Shown here: piece after piece, positions 1 through 8,835 of the stretch
How positions within the stretch are numbered: the stretch's first letter is position 1
How the letters are laid out: every line of letters starts with the position of its first letter
Source: Anaerolineae bacterium
GTDB lineage: Bacteria > Chloroflexota > Anaerolineae > Epilineales > Epilineaceae
Assembly (NCBI GenBank): GCA_029262755.1
Contig: JAJCYU010000120.1
Location: 1-39,609, forward strand
Direction of reading: 5' to 3'
Length of the DNA stretch: 39,609 bases
Made by a program: the position numbers and the translations under genes
The notes under the pieces: model-generated
The model's input: only the letters and a program-made list of their open reading frames with translations
Told to the model about the DNA's origin: nothing
Database searches by the model: none

Positions 1-593
1 AGACGGGCGACCTCGTGATCAACGAGCTGATGGCCGCCAACGAGACCACGCTCGCCGATCCGGAGGGAGAGTTCGACGACTGGGTCGAGCTCCACAACCG
101 CGGCGACGCACCCATCTCGTTGGCGGGCTACTTCCTTACGGACGCGGAGGACGATCCCTTCGCCTACCCGCTGCCCGATCTCACGTTGCCCGCCGGTGGA
201 CACCTCCTCATCTGGGCCGACAACGACCCGGAGCAGGGCCCCGAGCACGCGAACTTCCGCTTGGCTACCTCCGGCGAATCGCTGCTGCTGAACACCGACA
301 CGGAGACCGTCGACCGCATCGACTTCGGCGAGCAGACGACCGACGTGAGCCTGGCCCGCGACCCGGACGGCGGCGCCGCGTGGGTGGCGTGCGCCAGCCC
401 CTCGCCGGGTACGGTGAACGATTGCGCCGGAGGGCCGCCGATCACGCCGCCGGCGACGCCGACCGATGCGCCGTCCACGCCGACGCCCGAAGTCACCGCG
501 CCGCCCGAGTCGACCGCCACGCCAGGCCCGCCGGCGACGTCGACGCCGGACGAGAGCACAATTTGGTTGCCGATCGCGAGGCGGGGAGGCTGA
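1..593 (+). CDS. 5'-truncated secreted protein: lamin tail domain (LTD), Pro/Thr linker and C-terminal IWLPIARR motif; probable paralog of the CotH protein at 28473-30803
   Basis: Frame is open from base 3 (TGDLVINELMAAN...DWVELHNRG...GYFLTD), an LTD signature. It aligns by eye with the C-terminal domain of 28473-30803 (ETGALVINELLADN...DWLELYNRG). The true start lies upstream of the window. Confidence 0.85.
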   Translation, partial: TGDLVINELMAANETTLADPEGEFDDWVELHNRGDAPISLAGYFLTDAEDDPFAYPLPDLTLPAGGHLLIWADNDPEQGPEHANFRLATSGESLLLNTDTETVDRIDFGEQTTDVSLARDPDGGAAWVACASPSPGTVNDCAGGPPITPPATPTDAPSTPTPEVTAPPESTATPGPPATSTPDESTIWLPIARRGG

Positions 594-732
594 CGGTCGC
601 GAGGGCCGTGCAAGGGAAGTCCGTGTAAGGTGCGCCCGGTCGCCCAATCGCCATCGAGCGACTATCGTCGCGTACGCGAGTACCTTGGCCGACGCGAGGC
701 CGGCACGGCGTGCCCCTTGAGAGAGTGAACCC

Positions 733-1218
733 ATGATCGATCGAAGGCTCCGTACTTTTCCAGCCGCGCTCCCATCCCTGGCCCTTGTCCTGACCCTCGG
801 CCTCGGATTCCTGCTGAGCGCCTGCGCATCGACGGCGGTCGCGCCTGGTTCGGACCTGCCGTCCGAGGACGGTGCGGACGGGACGCTGCCGCGGATCATG
901 GCGGGCCTGAGCGAGGACGCCGCCGGCGTCAACGCCGGAATCTGGCTCGAGGACTTCGACTCCATCGCGGCCTCGGCCCAAGCGATCGCCGATCACCCCA
1001 CGGTATCGGACGAAGAGCGCGCTTCCATCCAGGCGGTGCTGGGGGAGGACATGGCCGACTTCGCTCTCGGCGACAAGACCGTACACGAGACGGCGGTGTC
1101 GTTGGTCGAGGCCGCCAAGGCCCAAGACATGGCTGAGGTCCTGGCCCTCAACGCGAAGATGCAGACCGAGTGCGTGGCCTGCCATACGGAGTTCCGGGGC
1201 CGGTTGGCAGATCGATAG
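733..1218 (+). CDS. Lipoprotein c-type cytochrome, four-helix-bundle class II type (cytochrome c'/c556-like)
   Basis: Signal peptide with lipobox LLSAC. Helical body with a single CxxCH (CVACH, 1171-1185) near the C-terminus. Confidence 0.8.
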   Translation: MIDRRLRTFPAALPSLALVLTLGLGFLLSACASTAVAPGSDLPSEDGADGTLPRIMAGLSEDAAGVNAGIWLEDFDSIAASAQAIADHPTVSDEERASIQAVLGEDMADFALGDKTVHETAVSLVEAAKAQDMAEVLALNAKMQTECVACHTEFRGRLADR

Positions 1219-1228
1219 GACGCGCCCG

Positions 1229-1729
1229 TTACATCGCCAGCATCGCATACGAGAGCAGCGCGGTCGCGGCGACGCTGGCGACGGTGCGCACGTGATTCCA
1301 GCGCGTCCACTCCACGCGGTAGCGGTGCCATGCTTCGGCCGAAGCCGGGTCCGTGGCGTCGAGCGATTCCAGCGCGTTGTTGCGGGGCACGTTGAAGGCG
1401 ACCGTGACAAGCAGCCCGCCGATTAGGTAGCTGAGGCTGCCTGCGACGAGGACCATTCCTACCGTGGAACCGTCGGAGTACAGCACGGAGAGTACCAGCA
1501 CAATCAGGCACGCGATGGGCGTGAGCAGGAAGAAGGCAAGGAAGAGCGGGTTGATGATGCGCACGTTGAGGCGCTGCATGGCCGCCATACCGTGAGCGGG
1601 TGGTAGATCGCCGAGCGCCCGCATGGCGAAGTTGGAGAAGTCGAAGAAGAGCCCGCTCATCAGGCCGCAGCCGATGACGGCCAGCCATGTGGCGAGCGGC
1701 AGGATGATGTTCGCGTCAGGATTGCTCAT
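1229..1729 (-). CDS. DUF1772 / anthrone oxygenase family membrane protein
   Basis: Motifs GLMSGLFFDFSNFAMRAL, AMQRLNVRIINPLF, NVPRNNAL and WTRWNHVRT. ATG at 1729 is preceded by GGAG. Confidence 0.85.
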   Translation of the reverse strand: MSNPDANIILPLATWLAVIGCGLMSGLFFDFSNFAMRALGDLPPAHGMAAMQRLNVRIINPLFLAFFLLTPIACLIVLVLSVLYSDGSTVGMVLVAGSLSYLIGGLLVTVAFNVPRNNALESLDATDPASAEAWHRYRVEWTRWNHVRTVASVAATALLSYAMLAM

Positions 1730-1907
1730 GGGTGGCTCCATGCGGGGCGAGGGGAGTTGCGCCGCGGGAGTCTATGCGACGGGGATCGATTCGACCACGG
1801 CCGTCGCGGGGAAGACCTTCGCGACCGAGACCGAGCCTTCCGATTCAACGATTGGATCGACGTCCGGGTCGCCCGTAGACGTGCGCGCTGTGCAGGAGCC
1901 ACGCCCA

Positions 1908-2429
1908 CTACACCGCCGCCAGCATCTCCCGCACGCGCGCCAGATGGTGGTCGTCGTGCTCGGCTTGGAAGAAGAGCATGTCGATGACCCGCATGCGCGT
2001 CTCCAGGCGCGGATGGCGGGCCTCCCGCGCGAAGTACTCGGCGGGCGCCGCGCTGAGGCGTGCGACGAGTCGGCCGCGTTCATCGGCCAGCTCCGCGAGC
2101 ACCGCGTCGATGCCCCGCGCGTTGTGCTCCGCCGCGAAGGTGGCCGCGTTGCCCATGTCGGCCGCGACGAGGATCTCGTCGCCCGCGTCGAATTGGTCCA
2201 GCCGGCGGCTCCACAGGCCCTTGTCGAGGTCCGCCAGGTGGCCGAAGTTCTCGATGATCGACCAATCCGGGCCGTCGCGCAGCGCGAGCAGCGAGGGCGG
2301 GACTGCGCGCACGAGCGCCTCTGCGCGCAGGGGCAGGCTGCGCAGGCGCTCCACGAGCTCGGGGTGCAATTTTGCATCGAGCGTGTAGTCGAAGCGGCGA
2401 GTGGACCAGTCCATCAGCGTGCTTGTCAT
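1908..2429 (-). CDS. DinB/YfiT family protein
   Basis: WSIIENFGHLADLD and HPRL...AEHDDHHL metal-binding His pattern. Start placed at ATG 2429, directly after the VOC gene stop. Confidence 0.85.
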   Translation of the reverse strand: MTSTLMDWSTRRFDYTLDAKLHPELVERLRSLPLRAEALVRAVPPSLLALRDGPDWSIIENFGHLADLDKGLWSRRLDQFDAGDEILVAADMGNAATFAAEHNARGIDAVLAELADERGRLVARLSAAPAEYFAREARHPRLETRMRVIDMLFFQAEHDDHHLARVREMLAAV

Positions 2430-2433
2430 GAGC

Positions 2434-2829
2434 TCAGTTCTCTTCGACGGATTGCCCGAAGGTGATGCGGTTGCCGGAAGGGTCATGGATCGTGAAATCG
2501 CGCATGCCGTAGGGGTAGGTCTGCGGCTCCTGGGCTAACGTGCCGCCGCGCGTGCAAATCGCGTCGGCAAGGCTGTCCACGCCCTCGAGCATGACGTAGA
2601 CCTTGGCGGGTCGGCCGGCCTCGTTGTCGGCGCTATTGAGGTGGATCTGCGCCTCGCCGTGCTGGACGCCGCCGTAGAAGGGGGGCTTGCCTGACTCGGG
2701 TTCGGCCCACAAGAAGGTCGTCTTCCAGCCGAGGATCTCCTCGAACCAGCCGGCGGCGGACGTCACGTCGTCGACGGGCAGGATGGGTACCGCACGGAGG
2801 GTGTTTAGGGGGCCGTTGGTGTCGGTCAT
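2434..2829 (-). CDS. VOC (glyoxalase/bleomycin resistance) family protein
   Basis: AVPILPVDDV...WFEEILGW and PYGMRDFTIHDPSGNRITFG. AAGGAG RBS precedes ATG 2829. Confidence 0.9.
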   Translation of the reverse strand: MTDTNGPLNTLRAVPILPVDDVTSAAGWFEEILGWKTTFLWAEPESGKPPFYGGVQHGEAQIHLNSADNEAGRPAKVYVMLEGVDSLADAICTRGGTLAQEPQTYPYGMRDFTIHDPSGNRITFGQSVEEN

Positions 2830-3000
2830 GGAACTACTCCTTGCGGGGTTGCGCGATGGAGAGTCGGCGCAGCGGGGGCGGGGCGGCGGGCGATCTCGAT
2901 CGCCGTCGAAGGCTACGGCCGAGAGGCGGATCGCGTTCACGAGGCAACGCGCGTGTGACGCGTACGCAAGCCTTCTCGATTGTCCACGCGCAGCGGCACC

Positions 3001-3057
3001 GCGCAAAACGCTCCGTGCAAACGCCGTGCGTAAACACCCAGTGCAAACACCCCGTGC
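3001..3057. repeat. Degenerate direct repeats (G[CT]GC..AAAC[AG]C, about 4 copies) in the divergent VOC/lemA intergenic region
   Basis: gcgcaaaacgctcc-gtgcaaacgcc-gtgcgtaaacaccca-gtgcaaacacccc-gtgc. Confidence 0.55.
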
Positions 3058-3178
3058 TGGCGCACGGCCGGAGCACCTTGTTTAATGCTGGGACCCAACC
3101 GAGTCGAAGCGCGACTCGCAGTACCCGATTCGCGTACACTCCGGAAGAACCCACACCCGATAGCAAGGAGCCCGCCCC

Positions 3179-3751
3179 GTGCTGACGATCTGGATCTTGC
3201 TCGCAGTCACCGCCGTGCTCGTCCTGTGGGCGGCCGTGGTCTACAACAAGCTCGTCGGTCTGCGCAACCGCTCCGACAACGCGTGGTCCGATATCGACGT
3301 ACAGCTCAAGCGCCGCCATGACCTGGTCGGCAACCTCGTGGACGCCGTCGAAGGCTACGCCGGGCACGAGCGCGAGACGCTGCAAGCGGTGGTCGAAGCG
3401 CGCCAGGCGGCATCGGGCGCGGCCGCGCAGGGCGACGCGGCGGCGGCCGGCATGGCGGAGGCGCTGCTGGGACGACGCCTCGGTTCGCTGTTCGCGGTCG
3501 TCGAGGACTATCCGGACCTGAAGGCCAACGAGAACTTTCTCGACCTGCAGCGGCAGCTCGGACAGCTCGAGGACGCGTTGCAACAGGCGCGGCGCTACTA
3601 CAACGCTGTCGTGCGCGATCTGAACACGCGCATCCAGTCGCTGCCCGACGTGCTCATCGCACGCGCCGCCGGGTTCACCGAACGCGCCTTCTTCGAGCTC
3701 GATGATCCAGGCGAGGCCGCCGTGCCGGTCGTCGGCGGGGCGCGAGCGTGA
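3179..3751 (+). CDS. lemA: LemA family protein
   Basis: N-terminal TM helix, YNKLVGLRN...NAWSDIDVQLKRRHDL, YPDLKANENFLDLQ and ARRYYNAVVRDLN. AAGGAG RBS. Confidence 0.95.
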   Translation: MLTIWILLAVTAVLVLWAAVVYNKLVGLRNRSDNAWSDIDVQLKRRHDLVGNLVDAVEGYAGHERETLQAVVEARQAASGAAAQGDAAAAGMAEALLGRRLGSLFAVVEDYPDLKANENFLDLQRQLGQLEDALQQARRYYNAVVRDLNTRIQSLPDVLIARAAGFTERAFFELDDPGEAAVPVVGGARA

Positions 3752-5616
3752 CGCGCCAGGAAGCGAAGGGATCCCTGAGAACTTCGCCAGTCGCTGCGAA
3801 CTCTGCGAACTTCGCGAACCCCGCGAGCCCCGTGAACCCTGTACGCAGTGGCGCCATCGCCCTCCTGCTCGCAGCGCTGCTCGCCACGGCGTTCGCCGTT
3901 GCCCCGGGCGGCGCACGGACCGCCCGCGCCGACCTGGCCGGCTTCACGATCACGGACTTCCACACGGAGCTGTTCGTGGAAGAGGATGCCGGGCTGCTGG
4001 TCGAGGAGACCATCCAGGTCAACTTCAACGAGCCGCGGCGCGGCATCTACCGCACGATTCCCGTGCGCTACACGGACCCGCGTGGCTACCGCTACGGCGT
4101 GCAGTTTCGCCTCCTTGACGTCGTGGACGAGGACGGCAGGAGTCATACGACGGACGTGTCGCGCGAGGGTAGCGACGTTCGCATACGCATCGGGGACGCC
4201 GATCGGACGATCACCGGCCCCGTGACCTACGTGATCCGCTACCACGTGGATGGCGCGATCCAGCACCTCGAGACGCACGACGAACTCTATTGGAACGCGG
4301 TCGGCGACTCCTGGGCCACGACGATCGAGCAGGCCTCCGCCACCGTGCACCTGCCCGGATCGCTGTCCGAGAACGATGTCGAGGCCGCTGCGTTTGCCGG
4401 CGTCTTCGGGAGCACAGAAGGCGACGTATCCATCCAGGTTCCGGAGCCGAGCACGGTGATCTACGCCAGCCCACGTGCGCTCGCGCCCTTCGAGGCGATG
4501 ACCGTGGTGGCCGGCTGGCCGCACGGCAACGTCACGTTTCCCTCGCCGGCGATGATCTGGCTGCGCCGGCTGCTCAGCAATTGGGTGCTCGTGCTGCCCT
4601 TCGTGGCGCTCGCATGGATGACGTCGCGCTACCGAAGCCACGGGCGCGACCCCGAGGGCGCCGGCAGCATCACCGTACAGTACGAGGCGCCGGAAGGCAT
4701 TGGGCCGGGCGAGATCGGCACCTTGGTGGACGAAAGCGTCGATATGCGCGATATCACGGCCACCCTGGTCGACCTCGCCGTGAAGGGCCTGTTGCGCATT
4801 GAGATCGAGGAGAAGAAGGGACTGTTCCGTACGTCGGAGGAAACCGCCTTCGTGCGCATCGCCCCGCCCGACGATCCGCAGCTGGCCGCCCTGCTGCCAC
4901 ACGAACTGGCCGTCTTCAACGGAATCTTTGCCCACGGGCAGCGGGTCGACACCAGCGATCTCAACCACGCCTTCTACCGCGAACTGCCCGGCATCAAGAG
5001 CGCGATGTTCACCCATCTGGTGTCCGCGGGCTTCTTCGCGGAGAGTCCGGAGTCCGTGAAGCTCAAGTACGGTGGGCTCGTCGCGCTGTTGGCGCTCGGG
5101 GTGTTTGCTCTCGGCGCTGTGACGGCCTTTCTTACCGGTGGGATCTTCCCCAACGCGCTTGTCGTGCCGGGTGTTGCGGCCGCATTGACCGGATTGTTCG
5201 CCGCCCCCTTCGTGCCCGCCATGCCGCGCCGCACGGCGGAAGGCGTGCGGATGCGCGAGTGGGCGAAGGGCTTCGAGGAGTTCGTCGGGCGCGTGGAGTC
5301 CGACCGGTTGGAGCGCGTCGAGGCCGTCACGGCCTTCGAGACCCTGCTGCCCTATGCGATGGCCTTGGGCGTCGCCGAGACGTGGGCCAAGAAGTTCGAG
5401 GGCATCTACGCGGAGGGCCGCCAGCCGGGCTGGTATGTGGGGCCGCATCACGGCGGCATGTTCTCGACGCGCTCATTCGAGCGCAGCCTCAGTTCCTCGA
5501 TGGGCGCCGTCGCGACGAGCATGGCCGCCGCACCACGCTCGTCGAGCTCGAGCGGGATGGGCGGCGGCGGCTTCTCCGGAGGCGGCTTCGGCGGCGGCGG
5601 CGGCGGGAGTTGGTAG
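3748..5616 (+). CDS. DUF2207 domain membrane protein (usual lemA partner)
   Basis: GIYRTIP, ELYWNAVG, LPYAMALGV and Gly-rich tail GGGFSGGGFGGGGGGSW. GTGA overlap with the lemA stop. Confidence 0.92.
   Translation: MTRQEAKGSLRTSPVAANSANFANPASPVNPVRSGAIALLLAALLATAFAVAPGGARTARADLAGFTITDFHTELFVEEDAGLLVEETIQVNFNEPRRGIYRTIPVRYTDPRGYRYGVQFRLLDVVDEDGRSHTTDVSREGSDVRIRIGDADRTITGPVTYVIRYHVDGAIQHLETHDELYWNAVGDSWATTIEQASATVHLPGSLSENDVEAAAFAGVFGSTEGDVSIQVPEPSTVIYASPRALAPFEAMTVVAGWPHGNVTFPSPAMIWLRRLLSNWVLVLPFVALAWMTSRYRSHGRDPEGAGSITVQYEAPEGIGPGEIGTLVDESVDMRDITATLVDLAVKGLLRIEIEEKKGLFRTSEETAFVRIAPPDDPQLAALLPHELAVFNGIFAHGQRVDTSDLNHAFYRELPGIKSAMFTHLVSAGFFAESPESVKLKYGGLVALLALGVFALGAVTAFLTGGIFPNALVVPGVAAALTGLFAAPFVPAMPRRTAEGVRMREWAKGFEEFVGRVESDRLERVEAVTAFETLLPYAMALGVAETWAKKFEGIYAEGRQPGWYVGPHHGGMFSTRSFERSLSSSMGAVATSMAAAPRSSSSSGMGGGGFSGGGFGGGGGGSW
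3796..3840 (+). repeat. Five degenerate 9-bp tandem repeats in the 5' end of the DUF2207 gene
   Basis: gcgaactct gcgaacttc gcgaacccc gcgagcccc gtgaaccct (ANS ANF ANP ASP VNP). Confidence 0.8.
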
Positions 5617-5731
5617 GCTAGCGCGGCCTCGGCGGAAGCCGCGGTGGCGGAACATGAAGATTCAGTTCGTTCGAGCATTGGGGCGAATGGTCTCGGGGTA
5701 ACCGGTCGCGGACGAAGTGGAGGGCTGCGCG

Positions 5732-6172
5732 ATGAGCATCAGCCAAGTCGGCGGGGACATTCGCTGGCGTATGCACCTGGGCGCGCCACCGGACGCGGTC
5801 TTCGCGGCGCTGGACTCGGACGAGGGACGTGCGTCCTTTTGGGCGGAATCGGCCGTCGAGACCAAGGGTGGAATCGAGTTCCGCTTTGCCAACGGCTACG
5901 TCTGGCGGGGCAAGTTGCTCGTCCGTCGACCACCGCGGCTTTGGTCCATCGACTACTTCGGCACGCCGGCGACCTTCACGCTCGAGCCGGACAGCGAGGG
6001 GGGCACGGAGCTCCTGCTGACCCACGAAGGCGTCTCGGCCGAGGACTGGCATGAGGTGCATGCCGGCTGGCTCAACGTACTCTTTCCCCTCAAGGCCATG
6101 GTCGATCATGGCGTCGACCTGCGCAATCACGATGCGACGCGCACGTGGGAACAGGGCTACGCCGACCAGTAG
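5732..6172 (+). CDS. SRPBCC/AHSA1 (START-like) domain protein
   Basis: APPDAVFAAL, GGTELLLTHEG and GWLNVLFPLKA. GGAGG RBS precedes ATG 5732. Confidence 0.85.
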   Translation: MSISQVGGDIRWRMHLGAPPDAVFAALDSDEGRASFWAESAVETKGGIEFRFANGYVWRGKLLVRRPPRLWSIDYFGTPATFTLEPDSEGGTELLLTHEGVSAEDWHEVHAGWLNVLFPLKAMVDHGVDLRNHDATRTWEQGYADQ

Positions 6173-6212
6173 ATCGCAATGTCAGATAGCAATGGATGAA
6201 GGAGGCCGTGCC

Positions 6213-6574
6213 ATGACGTCGCTGGGCCGCATCCACGCGGTGCTGGCGGTGCAGTCGCGGATCATCATCCTGCTTTTCGATCAAGCGTCTTTCGTCATGG
6301 ACCCACGCTACCGTGGCGACGAACAAGTTCCTGCGCTGAGTTGACCGAAACAACATGCTCGGCTTGCCGCTGGCGAGCACTACGCGGCGCCGGCGAGTTC
6401 GCCAACGTGGTGTCCGAGGCTATCGGCCTCGCTCTGTACGTCGTTGCGATGCTTGTGGTGCCCACGCCATGGCTGCTCGGGTCGCAGCGAAGGCAACCCC
6501 TGTCCGTGTACTACGCGACGGCCGACTTTGCTGGTCCGGCAGCCATCGGAGCACGGAAGCTGTTGTCCACGTAA
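6213..6574 (+). pseudogene. Probable degraded membrane-protein gene
   Basis: Strong AAGGAGG RBS (6199-6205) before ATG 6213. Hydrophobic segments are spread over different frames: a frameshift at the T-run 6274-6277, then an in-frame TGA at 6337-6339 (FLR*VD), then a further frame change before GEFANVVSEAIGLALYVVAMLVV. Confidence 0.5.
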
Positions 6575-6611
6575 AGTCCGACTCCGTGCGCATCGGGCTC
6601 CAAGCCATGAT

Positions 6612-8018
6612 CTATTCCTCGCGGTGGGAAATGGGCAAGTAGATCCGAGCAGCCACCGTGATGGCTGTCGGAGGGGGCGGGGTGCTGCTGGCTGTAGGCG
6701 CCGGCGAAGTGGCGCCATTGGGCGTTGGCGTGGCGGTCCCGGAAGCCGCAGCGGTGCCGCTCGCGTCGGGCGTCGAGGTGGCGCCGCCGCCGCTCGGTGT
6801 CGGGCTGCCGGACGCGGGTTGGGTCATGGTCGCGCTTGCCGTGGCGAGCGGTGTGCCGTTCGCGGGCGTCGATGTAGCGCTTGATACGGGTGCCGGAGAT
6901 GGCGTAGCGGTCGCGGACGCTGCGGGCGACGCGCCGGCGGTCGGTGATGCGGCCGGCGTTGGGGTCGACGTCGGGACCGTCGACGCGGCCGGCGTGGGTG
7001 TCGGCGTCGCGACGGCGGTCGACGACGCGGTCGACGATGACGTTGCGGTCGCGGCCGGCGATGACGTTGCCGTCGCGGTCGGAAGCGATGTCGCCGTAGC
7101 CGTGGCGGTCGACGAGCTCGTGGGGGTAACAGTCGCGCTCGCCGGGCGCGTTGCGGTGGCCGTCGTGGTGGCGGTGCGGGTGGGCGTGCGCGTCGCGGTG
7201 GGGGACAGGGTGGCCGTGCTCGTCGCCGTCGCGGTCGCGGTTGCGGATGGGGTCGACGATGCCGTGGCCGTTGCGGTGGGCGTCGGCGTCGGCGGGTCGT
7301 AGACGATCACGAGGCGGGGGGCTCGCGAACCCGTTGACTCGAAGAGGCGCTCGAACTCGGTGCCGGCCGGGCCACGGACGACGAGCCCGTGATTGGGCAT
7401 GCTGTCGCGGACCCAGTTCTGGGTCAGTACGCGCAGGTCCCACTCGCGCCAGCCGGGTGATGTCCCAACGGAGGTCGTGGCCCACGTGCCCTGCATGGGC
7501 GGCCGGTTGTTCCAGCGGACGGTGCTCTCATCCCAGGTGAGCGTGATGCGCTGCACGACGAGATCAGCGACCGGCTCGCCACTACCCTGCTCGAGCCACA
7601 TCTCCAGCTCGGCGGATACGATGCGCGACTCCTCGGGAATCGCGCTCGTGTCGAAGCGCAGCAACGGATAGCGCTCCCGTCCTGCCGCGTCGATCTCGAC
7701 CGGCCAGGCGGCAGCATTGTTGTAGTTCGTGGCGGGAAACTGCTCGGCCACGTAGGCATCTGCCTCGGGAGTGAGCGTCACCGACTCATCGGCCACAGGC
7801 GCAACCACAGGTGCGAGACCAGGCGCGAGGACTGGGCCGATCGCAGGTGCGGCGAGCGCGACGTGCGGGCGACCGATCGGCGCCGCGACCGGGGCCGCTA
7901 CCGCGACGGAAAGCGCGAAGCCGAGAGCGGCTCGGCCGACTCTCGGCATGTTGGTGGCTGAAAACCCTTCGCGCTGTCTCCGCCTCGACGGGCGAGTCTC
8001 GTTCGTCAAACCATCCAC
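6612..8018 (-). CDS. Secreted DNRLRE-domain protein with long Pro/Thr/Ser/Ala-rich tail and C-terminal IYLPISHR motif
   Basis: Signal-like hydrophobic segment, then LTPEADAYV...PATNY...LLRFD...IVSAELEM...WDESTVRWNNRP...NHGLVV...APRLVIVY (DNRLRE fold pattern), then about 200 aa of low-complexity tail. The start may be ATG 7949. Confidence 0.85.
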   Translation of the reverse strand: MDGLTNETRPSRRRQREGFSATNMPRVGRAALGFALSVAVAAPVAAPIGRPHVALAAPAIGPVLAPGLAPVVAPVADESVTLTPEADAYVAEQFPATNYNNAAAWPVEIDAAGRERYPLLRFDTSAIPEESRIVSAELEMWLEQGSGEPVADLVVQRITLTWDESTVRWNNRPPMQGTWATTSVGTSPGWREWDLRVLTQNWVRDSMPNHGLVVRGPAGTEFERLFESTGSRAPRLVIVYDPPTPTPTATATASSTPSATATATATSTATLSPTATRTPTRTATTTATATRPASATVTPTSSSTATATATSLPTATATSSPAATATSSSTASSTAVATPTPTPAASTVPTSTPTPAASPTAGASPAASATATPSPAPVSSATSTPANGTPLATASATMTQPASGSPTPSGGGATSTPDASGTAAASGTATPTPNGATSPAPTASSTPPPPTAITVAARIYLPISHREE

Positions 8019-8418
8019 CTCTGATTCGCTACTGGTGAAGCCGCTGCCTACCGGCCGCGGTGTCTATACAACAGTGTTCATCCTTGCGAGCACGCCGTAC
8101 GCGAGCCCGCCATATCTGCAACAGCAACCGCCCGAAAGGGGACGATGTGCCAAGCTCCAATACCCTCAAGCACCAAATCCAAACAGGACGCCCCAACAAC
8201 GGTGTGCAGACATCCAAAGGGCCTACCGGTGCTGCGAACCGCCAAGCAAATGCACGTCAAGCTCCACAAAACCCAACCGCCTCTGCCGTCCCGTTCGCAA
8301 TTCCACGATGGCCGCGCCGCAGCCCTTCGTTTCATCCAGGGAGGTGCGCCGCCTACAAGACGTAGAAGCCGATCACGGGGTTACATCCACCCAAGCACCA
8401 CGTCCAAGAACCCGAGAA

Positions 8419-8470
8419 AAGCACCAAGTACCAAGCCCCAAGGAACAAGAACAAGCACCAAGAAACAAGC
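8419..8470 (+). repeat. Heptameric tandem repeat (AAG[CTGA][ACG][AC]C, about 7 copies), intergenic
   Basis: aagcacc aagtacc aagcccc aaggaac aagaac aagcacc aagaaac aagc. Further caagcacca copies at about 8167 and 8392. Confidence 0.8.
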
Positions 8471-8769
8471 CGAATCACCGAAACACCAGCCTACGTTTAG
8501 AGCATAAGGCCCGCATGGCGGCGCAGCTATGGCGCTTCGCGCTGCAAGGAACCTGGAGCTTTCGCCAGGAGGGTGGGGTTAGGGGGTGGGCGCGGAAGGG
8601 CTTCGCCGGTACCGCAAGGTAGAGCGACGATGGCCGTGGATAGCTGCGAATCACCGGCCGCCGTCTTAGGGCTCGCCCTTAGGGAGTAGCGCGGACGTTG
8701 GGGCTGGGTGTTGCCAAGCGAGCTTGTGTTTGCTGTCGCAGACTCGTCCTCGCCGTGGCGCCAGGGGGG

Positions 8770-8819
8770 TTGAAATCTCCTCAGCAATACCGTAGAATCT
8801 GACAATCATAGAATCAGAC
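8770..8819 (+). promoter_or_regulatory. sigma70 promoter and putative autoregulatory operator of TA module 1
   Basis: TTGAAA (8770-8775), 17 nt spacer, TAGAAT (8793-8798). Direct repeat TAGAATCTGAC (8793-8803) / TAGAATCAGAC (8809-8819). GGAGG RBS follows. Confidence 0.7.
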
Positions 8820-8835
8820 TCGCGGAGGAGCCTAC

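Noticed and set aside
8121..8160. Resemblance to a c-di-GMP-I riboswitch (GCAACCGCCCGAAAGGGGACG)
   Set aside because: It lacks the GCAAA(C)/GCAAAG pattern and the second stem, and the next same-strand gene is about 700 nt away. An Infernal scan would settle it.
8419..8470. Possible CRISPR array in the short repeat tracts (also 20587-20646 and 3001-3057)
   Set aside because: Units are 7-15 bp and adjacent, with no unique spacers and no cas genes.
7771..8622. 283-aa + strand ORF across the intergenic island
   Set aside because: It overlaps the DNRLRE gene antisense, translates the heptamer repeats, and has atypical composition and no motifs.
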